Below are positions 45,951 through 55,660 of a DNA stretch of 64,000 bases, one piece after another (position 1 is the stretch's first letter; each line of letters opens with the position of its first letter). The stretch spans positions 4,032,001-4,096,000 of the forward strand of contig OZ242029.1 in assembly GCA_965205015.1 (NCBI GenBank), in the 5' to 3' direction. Source of the stretch: Candidatus Poribacteria bacterium (GTDB taxonomy: Bacteria > Poribacteria > WGA-4E > WGA-3G). The position numbers and the translations under genes are program-made. The notes beneath the pieces are model-generated. The model saw only the letters and a program-made list of their open reading frames with translations, was not told where the DNA came from and did not search any database.

Positions 45951-48459
45951 TTTGATGCCGCTTCTAATTTCAACGCTATTTTTACCAAATACTTCCGCGC
46001 AAGATTACGCACAATGGGATCTACCTGAAGGTGCCAGAACGCGCTTGGGTAAGGGACACATAGGGGAGATAGCGTATTCCCCAGATGGAAACCGCTTGGC
46101 AGTCGCCAGTAGCATCGGAATTTGGATTTACGATGCACACAGTCTTGTAGAACTTGACTTGTTCACTGGACACACAGATTCAATCACAAGCATTGCGTTC
46201 AGTCCGGATGGTAGCACCCTTGCAAGTAGCAGTTATGACAAGACAGTCCGACTGTGGGATCCTGCTACCGGTGCCCTTAAATCTATCCTCACTGGGCATA
46301 CGCACCGGATTATGAGCATAGTGTTCAGTCCGGATGGCAGTATCCTTGCGGGTGGGGGGTCAGATGATAGCGTGCACCTCTGGGATCCTGTGAAGGGTGA
46401 ACACATAACGGCACTCTCTGGGCATACCCGCCCTATCAGTACAATCGCGTTTAGTCCGGACGGAGAAACCCTCGCGAGTGGGGCTTGGGACAACACAGTG
46501 CGACTGTGGGACATCGCGACTGGAAAACAGAAATCTACCTTCATGGGGCATCCCTTCTTCGGTCAGCACACCTCTGGCATTTCTCGTGTAGCTTTCAGTG
46601 CTGATGGACAGACATTGGCGAGTGCGGCTTTCAACGAAGATGGGGTTCGTCTCTGGGATGCTGACACGGGAGAACTCGAAAGAATCCTTGAGATGGATAA
46701 AATTACAAGCCTTGCCTTCAGTCCGGACGGGAAAACACTCGCAATCACAGGGCGATACGAATTGAATCTATGGGATATTGCGAGTGGTGAACACAAAGTG
46801 GCACTCTCCGGGCACACCCGGTATGTTGGTTCCGTTGCCTTCAGTCCCGATGGTCAAACGCTCGCAAGTGAAGACGGGGAGCAAGTGTTTTTATGGGATG
46901 CGATGAGTGGTGCACAAAAGGGGGCAATTACCGGACATCTGCCAAATGGACGGCGTATCGCATTTGCCCCTGATGGCATCACGCTCGCCAGCACGGGAAA
47001 CCGACATATCGTGCATCTGTGGGATATCACCAACGGACACCACAAGGCAGCACTCATTGGCGCGAGAGTTGATGACTGGATCTCGAGTATTGCCTTCAGT
47101 CCGGACGGTCAAACGCTCGCAGGCGGAAGCGGATGGCGGATATGGCTCTGGGATATTGAAAAGAGATACCTCAAAACAGTCATCAAAGGGTTCACAGGAA
47201 GTGGTGCCTCCGGTGGAGGAATTACCGCTGTTGTGTTCAGTCCCGATGGACGCTTCTTGGCAAGTGGCAGTGGACATGGGGATAGAAAGGTACAGGTCTG
47301 GTACGGCGGTCGGACACATAAAGTGACGCTCACCGGGCATCGAGAAGGGATTACTGCTATCGCCTTCAATCGGGACAGCCGCACGCTCGCAAGTGGAAGT
47401 CAGGATCACACAGTGCGTCTGTGGGATGTTGTCAGTGGCACGCATAAAATGACGCTCACCGGACATACCGACTGGGTCAAGAGCATTGCGTTCAGTCCGG
47501 ATGGAAAACGCCTCGCGAGTGGCGGTGGACGAGATGACAAAACAGTACGGCTCTGGGATGCTGCTACGGGTGCACACGAAATCACACTGATAGGACACAT
47601 AGACAGTGTTGAAAGTGTTGCGTTCAGTCCGGATGGGAAGACCCTCGCGAGCGGCGGCGGTGGGCGAGATGGCAAAACAGTACGGCTCTGGGATATTGAC
47701 ACAGGTATTCACAAAAAGACGCTCGCCGGACATACGGACGCTGTCTCAAGTGTCGTATTCAGCCCAGACGGTCGCACACTCGCAAGCGGCAGTTGGGATG
47801 GCACGGTGATACTATGGGATTTTACATCTGAAGTAGAAATGCAGCGACTTGCTGAGGACGTAAACCGCGACGGCGTGGTAAACCTACAAGATTTGAGAAT
47901 CGTCGCATCGCAGTTCGGGCAGCACGAAACAAATGATGCGGATGTCAACGCCGATGGCGTTGTGAACATCGTGGATCTCGTTCTGGTCGCTGGGGCATTC
48001 GAGGTGGGAGGGGGCGCGCCGGATGCACATTCTAAAACGATAGAGATGTTCACCGCAGCAGATGTCCAAGCGTGGCTAACAAATGCACGGCACGTCTACA
48101 ATCCAACGCCCGCTTTTCAGAGAGGGGTCGCTATTCTTGAAGGTCTGTTGGTAGCACTGACTCCAAAAGAAACCGTGCTCCTGCCAAACTATCCGAACCC
48201 GTTCAATCCGGAGACATGGATACCGTATCAGTTGGCAAAGCCTGCGGAAGTTACTGTAGATATCTATACGTCAAACGGAATACGGGTGCGAACACTCGCA
48301 TTGGGATATAAACCTGCCGGCATCTATCATCATCGGAGCCGCGCAGTCTATTGGGACGGGAAAAATGAGGTCGGTGAACAGGTGGCAAGTGGTATCTATT
48401 TCTGCACACTCTCTGTAGGACAATCCGCAATGACACGAAGAATGGTCATACGGAAATAG
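45928..48459 (+). CDS. Secreted WD40-repeat protein with dockerin-like motif and FlgD-Ig-like domain (type A')
   Basis: Collinear paralog of 40912-43434. Confidence 0.9.
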   Translation: MKTMRLSILMPLLISTLFLPNTSAQDYAQWDLPEGARTRLGKGHIGEIAYSPDGNRLAVASSIGIWIYDAHSLVELDLFTGHTDSITSIAFSPDGSTLASSSYDKTVRLWDPATGALKSILTGHTHRIMSIVFSPDGSILAGGGSDDSVHLWDPVKGEHITALSGHTRPISTIAFSPDGETLASGAWDNTVRLWDIATGKQKSTFMGHPFFGQHTSGISRVAFSADGQTLASAAFNEDGVRLWDADTGELERILEMDKITSLAFSPDGKTLAITGRYELNLWDIASGEHKVALSGHTRYVGSVAFSPDGQTLASEDGEQVFLWDAMSGAQKGAITGHLPNGRRIAFAPDGITLASTGNRHIVHLWDITNGHHKAALIGARVDDWISSIAFSPDGQTLAGGSGWRIWLWDIEKRYLKTVIKGFTGSGASGGGITAVVFSPDGRFLASGSGHGDRKVQVWYGGRTHKVTLTGHREGITAIAFNRDSRTLASGSQDHTVRLWDVVSGTHKMTLTGHTDWVKSIAFSPDGKRLASGGGRDDKTVRLWDAATGAHEITLIGHIDSVESVAFSPDGKTLASGGGGRDGKTVRLWDIDTGIHKKTLAGHTDAVSSVVFSPDGRTLASGSWDGTVILWDFTSEVEMQRLAEDVNRDGVVNLQDLRIVASQFGQHETNDADVNADGVVNIVDLVLVAGAFEVGGGAPDAHSKTIEMFTAADVQAWLTNARHVYNPTPAFQRGVAILEGLLVALTPKETVLLPNYPNPFNPETWIPYQLAKPAEVTVDIYTSNGIRVRTLALGYKPAGIYHHRSRAVYWDGKNEVGEQVASGIYFCTLSVGQSAMTRRMVIRK

Positions 48460-48510
48460 TATCAAATGACCATAGGAGACCCAACCGATGAAAATGATGC
48501 GACTTTCGAT
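48441..48510 (+). repeat. 70-bp gene-junction direct repeat, copy 2
   Basis: Matches 45881-45950 at 69/70. Confidence 0.95.
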
Positions 48511-50704
48511 CTTAACGCTACTTACGGTTTTAGCCCTATTTTTACAAAATACGTCTCCCGAGGAGTACACGCAATGGCATCTGCCTGAAAGCGCGAAAGC
48601 ACGGCTCGGAAAGGGTAGAATATCGGGCAATATCGCCTTTTCGCCCGATAGTAAGCTGCTCGCCGTTTCAAGCTCCATCGGGATCTGGATTTACGACATT
48701 CATACAAGGGAAGAGGTGAATCTGCTCACGGGGCATACAAGCCATGTTGAGAGTATTGCGTTCAGTCCAGATGGGAGCACGCTTGCGAGTGCGAGTGACG
48801 ACCATACAGTACAGGTGTGGGACGTTGCCACTGGCACACACAAAATGACCCTTATGGGACATACTTCCTGGGTTGGCAGTGTCGTTTTCAGTCCAGATGG
48901 ACAAACGCTCGCAAGTGGTGCAGGATATTGGGATAATCGGCTGCAGCTCTGGGATGTTGCTACGGGCGAACCCAAAGTCGATCCTATCAAGTTTACAAGT
49001 GCCGTTGATGCTATTGCGTTCAGTCCTGATGGACATCTACTCGCAAGTGCAAGTGACGGAATCGTGCATCTGTGGGATACGACCACTCTTGAAATCGAGA
49101 CAACCTTCGCCACAGATATAAATGATGAACGTACGGGTGATGTTAATTCAGTCGCCTTCAGTCCGGATGGCAATATTCTCGCAACCGGGAATTGGGACAC
49201 CACCGTGTCTCTATGGAGTGTTTCAACAGGTGAACGCAAAACTACACTGACTGGACATGTCGGGAGCATCAGTAGTGTTGCGTTCAGTCCGGATGGCACC
49301 ACCCTCGCCAGTGGGGGCGGGTGGAAAGATAGTACAGTGTGTCTGTGGGATGTGGCTACCGGTGCCTACAAAACCACTCTCACCGCACATACACATGAGA
49401 TCCTCAGCGTTGCGTTCAGCCCCGATGGGCGCCTGCTTGCGAGTGCAAGTTCAGATGGTACAGTGCGATTATGGGATGCCCTCAGCTACGATCAGAAGGG
49501 GGTGCTCACAGAGCATATAGTAGAAATTGAGGGTATCTCCTTTAGTCCGGATGGCACCACCCTCGCCAGTGCCGGAGGGTGGGACAAAAAGGTATACCTG
49601 TGGGATATCGCCAGTAGAAAACCCAAAGCCCCTCTTGTCGGTCATACCAATTTCGTTACATCAGTCGCTTTCAGTCCGGATGGACAAACGATCGCAAGTG
49701 GTGGCAGCTGGGATGATGAGACGGTACGATTGTGGGATGCCGTCAGTGGGAAACTCAAAATGATACTCACTGGACATAGACAAGGGGTCAGGAGTATTGC
49801 GTTTAGTCCTGATAGCCGTCTGCTCGCGAGTACCGGCAGCGGCGAAAAGGTGCGTCTGTGGGAGGCTGTTACCGGCTATCACTACGCCACATTTCTTGGG
49901 CATATAGATAGTGTTGCAAGTGTCAGGTTCAGTCCCGACGGGCAAATCCTCGCAAGCGCGGGCGGACAGCAGGACCAGACAGTACGACTGTGGAATGTTA
50001 TCAATAGACAACACGTGGCTACCCTCCGCGCACGCACACGGAGCCTCGCGTTCAGCCCCGATGGGAAAACCCTCGCCACTGGGTGGACAGACATATTATT
50101 GTGGGACGTTGCCAGCGCAATGGAGAAGGCGACACTCACAGGACCTACCGATGGGGCATTAAGTCTTGCGTTTAGCCCGGATGGCACCATCCTCGCAAGT
50201 GGCAGTTCCGACGGCACGGTGTGTTTGTGGGATGTTCCGAATGGCACGCAAGATACCACACTCCGGGGTCATATCGATGCGATCACCAGTCTTGCGTTTA
50301 GTCCCGATGGACGCACACTCGCAAGCGCGAGTCGTGATGCTACTATATTACTCTGGGAATATCCGCTGCGACAGCAAATCGCAGGAGTACCCGGGCAGCT
50401 GCTAACTCGTGCAGAAACATCTGTGTTACAAAATTATCCGAACCCGTTCAATCCGGAGACGTGGATACCTTATCAGTTGGCAAAGCCCGCGGAAGTCACT
50501 GTGTGTATCTATGCCACAAATGGCACCTTGATTCGCACGCTGGCACTCGGACACCGGTCTGCTGGCACCTACCACCAGCGGGGTGAAGCTATCTATTGGG
50601 ATGGTAAAAATGAGAAGGGTGATCCCGTCTCAAGTGGGGTCTATTTCTATACCCTGACGGCAGGCGAGTTCACCGCCACAAAGAAAATGGTGATTGTGAG
50701 GTAG
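48488..50704 (+). CDS. Secreted WD40-repeat protein with FlgD-Ig-like domain (type B')
   Basis: Collinear paralog of 43647-45899 (GxISGNIAFSPD; LWEYPL.QQIAG). Confidence 0.9.
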   Translation: MKMMRLSILTLLTVLALFLQNTSPEEYTQWHLPESAKARLGKGRISGNIAFSPDSKLLAVSSSIGIWIYDIHTREEVNLLTGHTSHVESIAFSPDGSTLASASDDHTVQVWDVATGTHKMTLMGHTSWVGSVVFSPDGQTLASGAGYWDNRLQLWDVATGEPKVDPIKFTSAVDAIAFSPDGHLLASASDGIVHLWDTTTLEIETTFATDINDERTGDVNSVAFSPDGNILATGNWDTTVSLWSVSTGERKTTLTGHVGSISSVAFSPDGTTLASGGGWKDSTVCLWDVATGAYKTTLTAHTHEILSVAFSPDGRLLASASSDGTVRLWDALSYDQKGVLTEHIVEIEGISFSPDGTTLASAGGWDKKVYLWDIASRKPKAPLVGHTNFVTSVAFSPDGQTIASGGSWDDETVRLWDAVSGKLKMILTGHRQGVRSIAFSPDSRLLASTGSGEKVRLWEAVTGYHYATFLGHIDSVASVRFSPDGQILASAGGQQDQTVRLWNVINRQHVATLRARTRSLAFSPDGKTLATGWTDILLWDVASAMEKATLTGPTDGALSLAFSPDGTILASGSSDGTVCLWDVPNGTQDTTLRGHIDAITSLAFSPDGRTLASASRDATILLWEYPLRQQIAGVPGQLLTRAETSVLQNYPNPFNPETWIPYQLAKPAEVTVCIYATNGTLIRTLALGHRSAGTYHQRGEAIYWDGKNEKGDPVSSGVYFYTLTAGEFTATKKMVIVR

Positions 50705-50769
50705 GAAGAGGTTGATAACGAGGCAAATCGCATTATTTTATAACCGAAAACACATTTTTCGGAAATGTC

Positions 50770-50829
50770 TGTCAAGAAAAAGAATTATATGACTTTTTCT
50801 TGACATTTTTTTTACAAATATGTTAACAT
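50770..50829 (+). promoter_or_regulatory. Sigma70-like promoter overlapped by a perfect 13-bp inverted repeat
   Basis: TGTCAAGAAAAAG (50770-50782), N10, CTTTTTCTTGACA (50793-50805); TTGACA at 50800-50805 and TGnTAACAT at 50821-50829. Confidence 0.55.
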
Positions 50830-50955
50830 TTTGTCAAATGAGGGCGGTAGCACTCATTTTATAACGTAGTATCAGTTCCATGATAAAATGGTCAGTGAGC
50901 TCTTATGTCTTGGAACATACAGTTTTCCATGGCATCAAAAGGAGGTATTCAAGAA

Positions 50956-51738
50956 ATGGAAAGGGTTACAATAACGAGATTTAATACTGTTTCGGTGTAT
51001 TTTTTCTGTTTTCTCCTGACTTTAGTGACGTTCTCCGTTACAGCAATGGCTGCGACAAAAAAAGTACTGATGTTGGGGAACAACATAACCAAGGTTGAAG
51101 CACCAACGATTAGTAAAGGTGTGAAAAAAGTTAAGAATTATACCTTCGATTACGAGATTACGCAAGATTCGAAACTCGCGAAAGCAGATGCCAAGGACTT
51201 TGATATCCTCTGGCTTGGGCAAGGTGAGATTTGCGAAGGTGGATGGCGTTTCACTGACCAGGGGTCAGATGCCGTTTTAGCGTTTGTTGAGGAGGGTGGG
51301 GTTTGCATTGTCGTTGAGCAGGACCACGATGATGCTGTGGGATGCCCAACCCCTTGGCTCCCGAAACCATTAAACGGTGATGAAACCGATGGCACACAGA
51401 ATTTTGAACCGACAAAAGCACCGGAGGTAGGAACGCTTTTCACCGAGCCAAACAAGATAAAAGTGATTGTGACGAACGATAAATGGCACAACCCCGATCG
51501 CGCGTATATTCCACTCGCGACACTCGGTAAGCATCTCATTGTTGCGCTCCTATATCATGATAAAGGCGCATATATCATCACATCGATGCAAAATGAAGAT
51601 CAAGCACAGGTCGATCTGAATCTTCCGTTTATTGAAAACCTGTTGTTCTATTCCGCTACCCTTCAGGATAAAATTCTTGCGGTTGAACCGCACCACAAAC
51701 TTGCTGTGGCATGGGCGCAACTCAAAACGAATCCATAA
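50956..51738 (+). CDS. Hypothetical secreted protein (GATase-like fold possible) with a C-terminal VEPHHKLAVAWAQLK motif
   Basis: AGGAGG RBS before ATG 50956; signal TAMA-A; FDILWLGQ and FVEEGG. Confidence 0.7.
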   Translation: MERVTITRFNTVSVYFFCFLLTLVTFSVTAMAATKKVLMLGNNITKVEAPTISKGVKKVKNYTFDYEITQDSKLAKADAKDFDILWLGQGEICEGGWRFTDQGSDAVLAFVEEGGVCIVVEQDHDDAVGCPTPWLPKPLNGDETDGTQNFEPTKAPEVGTLFTEPNKIKVIVTNDKWHNPDRAYIPLATLGKHLIVALLYHDKGAYIITSMQNEDQAQVDLNLPFIENLLFYSATLQDKILAVEPHHKLAVAWAQLKTNP

Positions 51739-51814
51739 AACAATAGATGGATACAGTTTTCAGTAAGCCTTGCCAAGAACACAATAGTGCTTTAGCAATA
51801 TAGAGAGGGCTCTC

Positions 51815-52777
51815 ATGAAACTGCAACATATATTTACCCTCTGTTGTCTCGTCTTTGGGGTGCTATGCCCTGTTTTGGCAGAACAACTTGACAGCGAAAA
51901 GATTGTGTTTTCGTCAAATCGCGACGGCAATTGGGAAATTTACATGATGAACCCCGATGGCACTCGGCAAGAAAGGTTAACATACGACCGCGCCGTCGAT
52001 TGCGATCCAGTCATCTCACCAAAAGGTGACCAGATTCTCTTCAACTCCAACCGCAACGGAACACGCGACCTGTATCTGATGGACATAGATGGCAGAAATG
52101 TACGTCCGCTGTTTGGGTTCAGTGAAGCCTACAGAACCCATCCAACGTGGTCGCCCGATGGGAAGAGGATCGCCTATTCTCAGCGTGCTTTAGGTGGCAC
52201 AAACATTCACACCGCGAACGCTGATGGAACAGCAGTGAAACTGATTGTGCACTTAGAGAACGCCCTCAGTGGATATCCAACGTGGTCGTCGGATGCCAGG
52301 GAAATGGCGTTTGTTGTGGCGGATGAGATTCATTGGGCAAGCCGCCAAATCCGGTTTATGAATTTAGAAACCCGCAAACAGGAAACCCTTTTCCCTGACG
52401 ACTTCCCGCGAATGTTTAATCCTTCATGGGCACCCGTCGGCACCAGAATCGCATTCGTTTGGTTTAGACCGGCAGAAAAGCAGCAGGCCTTGTTCACTGT
52501 TAACCGGGACGGAAGCTACCTCAGACATATTGAGTCTTTCGTGGCGAATACGCCTGCTTGGGCACCCTTTGGGAACGAACTCATCTACGCCGAAGGTGTC
52601 ATCGGAAGTAATTCGCAGATCCTCAAAATCAATCTGGTAAGCCGGAAGGTTACACGACTTACAAAAGACGGAAGCAATTATCCCGGGAACTGGTTTGCCC
52701 CGAGGCAGCTGCCCGTTGCGCCATCGACATCGTTCTTAAGCACGGCGTGGGGTGATGTAAAAAACCCGACGAGGTAG
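51815..52777 (+). CDS. TolB-like PD40 beta-propeller secreted protein
   Basis: KIVFSSNRDGNWEIYMMNPDG and PTWSPDGKRIAY; C-terminal VAPSTSFLSTAWGDVK. Confidence 0.85.
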   Translation: MKLQHIFTLCCLVFGVLCPVLAEQLDSEKIVFSSNRDGNWEIYMMNPDGTRQERLTYDRAVDCDPVISPKGDQILFNSNRNGTRDLYLMDIDGRNVRPLFGFSEAYRTHPTWSPDGKRIAYSQRALGGTNIHTANADGTAVKLIVHLENALSGYPTWSSDAREMAFVVADEIHWASRQIRFMNLETRKQETLFPDDFPRMFNPSWAPVGTRIAFVWFRPAEKQQALFTVNRDGSYLRHIESFVANTPAWAPFGNELIYAEGVIGSNSQILKINLVSRKVTRLTKDGSNYPGNWFAPRQLPVAPSTSFLSTAWGDVKNPTR

Positions 52778-52827
52778 CGAATGAACACCCGCCACCTTCA
52801 AACCAAAACCCATGGAGGTTGTATCTC

Positions 52828-53523
52828 CTATAACAATGCCGCCGCTAATTCCGTAAAATCGCTCACCGTTACGTCGGGTTGATAGGGTGTATTCTCATAC
52901 GGAAGTCGATAGCGATTCACAAACGCGCCTCTAAAGCCGCACGCCCGCGCCCCCATGATGTCAAACGAGTTCGCGGACACCATCAAGCACTCGCCAACTT
53001 CAAGCTTTAACTTCCCTGCCGCAGCACGGTAGACCGCCGGATGCGGCTTAAACGCACCCACCGATGTCACCGAGATCACATCGTCAAACTCCCACGCAAC
53101 CCGTTCCGTGACGAGATATTCTAAAAACGACGGATCCCCGTTGGACAATACCACTAACTGATACCAAGATTGCATCTCCGCAAGGGCATCCAACACTTCT
53201 GGAAAGGGAGAGAGGTGCTGCCAGCCGCGCATAAACTCTTCCACTGTTCCAGGCGTTGCGTCAATACCGTTTGCCCTCAGAACATAGTGCACCGCACGCT
53301 GAACCGTCTCTAAGTAACCGCTATGCCCGAGCATGACAATCGTATCTTGATACTGCTCGATCCGCTGACGGTACCGCCACTGCGCCCAGAATTCATCCGC
53401 TGATACATCGGCAGCACGTGCTTTCAACGATTCGTCAATGAAGGGGGTAAGACTCCCTCCCAAATCCAAAATCGTACCGAACAGGTCAAAGGTAAGAGCC
53501 TTCGTCTCTACAAAATTCGACAT
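52828..53523 (-). CDS. Haloacid dehalogenase, type II
   Basis: Start MSNFVETK (53523); FDLFGT, LSNG, FKPHPAVY and VSANSFDIMGA. Confidence 0.85.
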   Translation of the reverse strand: MSNFVETKALTFDLFGTILDLGGSLTPFIDESLKARAADVSADEFWAQWRYRQRIEQYQDTIVMLGHSGYLETVQRAVHYVLRANGIDATPGTVEEFMRGWQHLSPFPEVLDALAEMQSWYQLVVLSNGDPSFLEYLVTERVAWEFDDVISVTSVGAFKPHPAVYRAAAGKLKLEVGECLMVSANSFDIMGARACGFRGAFVNRYRLPYENTPYQPDVTVSDFTELAAALL

Positions 53524-53527
53524 TCTG

Positions 53528-54547
53528 TTATCCCAATTCGACTGTTCGTCCAGTTGCCATTGCTTCAAATGCCGCATCAATGACACGCATCTGATTCACG
53601 CAACTCTCTGGTGAGATACGGTGCGGTTTTCCGGTCGCTACAACCTCGCACATATGCTCCAATTGCAGGGCAAACTGGAAACAGGGTTCAAAATCAATGA
53701 CTTCTGTGCCTTCTCGCGTGGTCAGCTCAATGTTGACTGCTGAGTTCTCATTGTTCCAAACCCGATCGAGTCGGCACATACCGCCGGTACCTGACATTTC
53801 GGCATACTGTCCACCGGCGCAATTAAAACCGGTAGAAATTTGTGCAACCCGTTCACCCGGGAATACTAACAATAGATAGGAACCATCGTCCACTTCTAAC
53901 CCGGCTTGAGACATCCCCGACACCCGAATCGGTTCGGCGCCAAACATAAAGCGGGCGTGGTGGATATTGTAACACGCCAGATCGTAAATACTGCCGCCAC
54001 CTTTCGCTTTATTAAACCGCCAATTCATCTCAGGGCGTCGCGTTTCGGGTCCGCCGCCACCGCCGCCTGTACAGAAGGTACTGCGGATCGCCTTAAAGTC
54101 CCCAATTGCCCCCGAATCAATAAGTTCTTTCGCCTTCAGGTGCATCGGATGATGCCGGAATTTAAATGCTTCCGCCACCAGCACACCGTTCTCTTGCGCC
54201 GCACCCACGAACGCTTCCGCCTCCGCAGCTGTTGACGTGAACGGCTTCTCACATAAAATCGCTTTGACTTGACGGGACTCAGAAAGCTGGATACCGACCT
54301 CAGCGTGGAAAGCACCCCAGGTACAAATAACCGCTATATCCAAGTCTTCAGCGTCTAACATCTCTTCTAAAGAGAGGTAGCGGTTTTCAGGAGCCACATC
54401 GAATCGTTCACCGAAATTTGCTAATGCGTTTTCCGACACGTCACAGATCGCAGCCAATTCAGCACTGGGGGCTTGTTGGCACGCGTTGCCGTGTGCGTTG
54501 GCGATGCCACCTGCGCCGACAAGTCCGACACGGTAAGTAGTTGACAT
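53528..54547 (-). CDS. Gfo/Idh/MocA family oxidoreductase
   Basis: GLVGAGGIA, CEKP and GGGSIYDLACY. Confidence 0.9.
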   Translation of the reverse strand: MSTTYRVGLVGAGGIANAHGNACQQAPSAELAAICDVSENALANFGERFDVAPENRYLSLEEMLDAEDLDIAVICTWGAFHAEVGIQLSESRQVKAILCEKPFTSTAAEAEAFVGAAQENGVLVAEAFKFRHHPMHLKAKELIDSGAIGDFKAIRSTFCTGGGGGGPETRRPEMNWRFNKAKGGGSIYDLACYNIHHARFMFGAEPIRVSGMSQAGLEVDDGSYLLLVFPGERVAQISTGFNCAGGQYAEMSGTGGMCRLDRVWNNENSAVNIELTTREGTEVIDFEPCFQFALQLEHMCEVVATGKPHRISPESCVNQMRVIDAAFEAMATGRTVELG

Positions 54548-54564
54548 AATAGTTCCTTTCTCTG

Positions 54565-55323
54565 TTACGTTGCTGTTAAGGGATAACCGTTTTCAACGAT
54601 TGCTTTTTTCAGAAACTCAAACTCGTATTGTGGTAACGCTGCGCCCGGCTCCAATGCTGCGACATCTTTTTTCCAACGCGCGATTGCGTCTGCCCGGACG
54701 ATTATCCTACCCAATGGGATTCCCAAGAACACCTCAAGCTTTTTGAGGGTTGCCTCCTGATTCAGGACGAAGTCCTCAAAACGGATCTGGATGACATTCT
54801 TGGGCATCGGTGTGGCTTGCATAAGCTTATACTGATAGATCCACGAAATCGCCCGTCTTTCATAGATATCGTCCGTTTCAGGATAGAAGACCCCAAAATC
54901 CCGAAGGTCATCGGTTTTATGACTGCCCCGGATACAATCCCGTGGATCCCGAATCCAGTGGATGAACTTTATCTCAGGAAACATCCGAATTATCCATGGA
55001 TAGACTAACGTCGTCTCTGGTATCTTCCAGCCTTTATGGGGTGCCGGATTCTGTAGCACGTCTTCAAGATAGGTAGTGATGAGCCGCTCAAATTCCGGAT
55101 CAATCGGCATCGTAAACAGGGGTTCAAAATCCCATGAGAGTCCGCCTTCCCACTTGACATATTGTGCCATCACTCGGCACGCATCATACATCGCGAACGG
55201 TGGAATCTTATCACCGGAGGGGTTCAGCTGGCTTCCCATGAAAACCCCACTGGCGTATAACGTATGAGAAATGGCGCGCGTCCCAGAATGACCGCGTCCA
55301 ATCACTGTAATCAAACTTTTCAT
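54565..55323 (-). CDS. Sulfotransferase family protein
   Basis: GRGHSGTR (5'-PSB loop), GWKIP, IRDPRD and IRFEDF. Confidence 0.8.
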   Translation of the reverse strand: MKSLITVIGRGHSGTRAISHTLYASGVFMGSQLNPSGDKIPPFAMYDACRVMAQYVKWEGGLSWDFEPLFTMPIDPEFERLITTYLEDVLQNPAPHKGWKIPETTLVYPWIIRMFPEIKFIHWIRDPRDCIRGSHKTDDLRDFGVFYPETDDIYERRAISWIYQYKLMQATPMPKNVIQIRFEDFVLNQEATLKKLEVFLGIPLGRIIVRADAIARWKKDVAALEPGAALPQYEFEFLKKAIVENGYPLTAT

Positions 55324-55660
55324 AGTAGAGAGTGTAACATAGAAATCACTTGTTTATTTCAGGAAATTAAAGGATAATAAGTATAGAAAAGGGCACGCAT
55401 TGCTCTCAGAGACTTACCCAATTTTTGTCTCCAATTGTTTGAAAGATATTGTAGCAAATATCTAAAACAAAACAAATCATTTTTTACAAAGGGTTTCATA
55501 CCATGTGCAAATTCCTATCATTAACGCGTCTCATTGTCCTATTAGTCGCACTCGTCAAATGTGACAGTGTCCAAGAAACGGCAAAAAGCAGTTTCACAAG
55601 CAGAGCGATCCCTTCTAACCCGAACAGCAATGGACCCAAGTTTCTCCAACACATTCTGAT

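Noticed and set aside
45540-50704. Diversity-generating retroelement TR/VR pair in the similar C-terminal tails
   Set aside because: Differences are mostly synonymous and not adenine-specific, both copies are coding, and there is no reverse transcriptase in the window.
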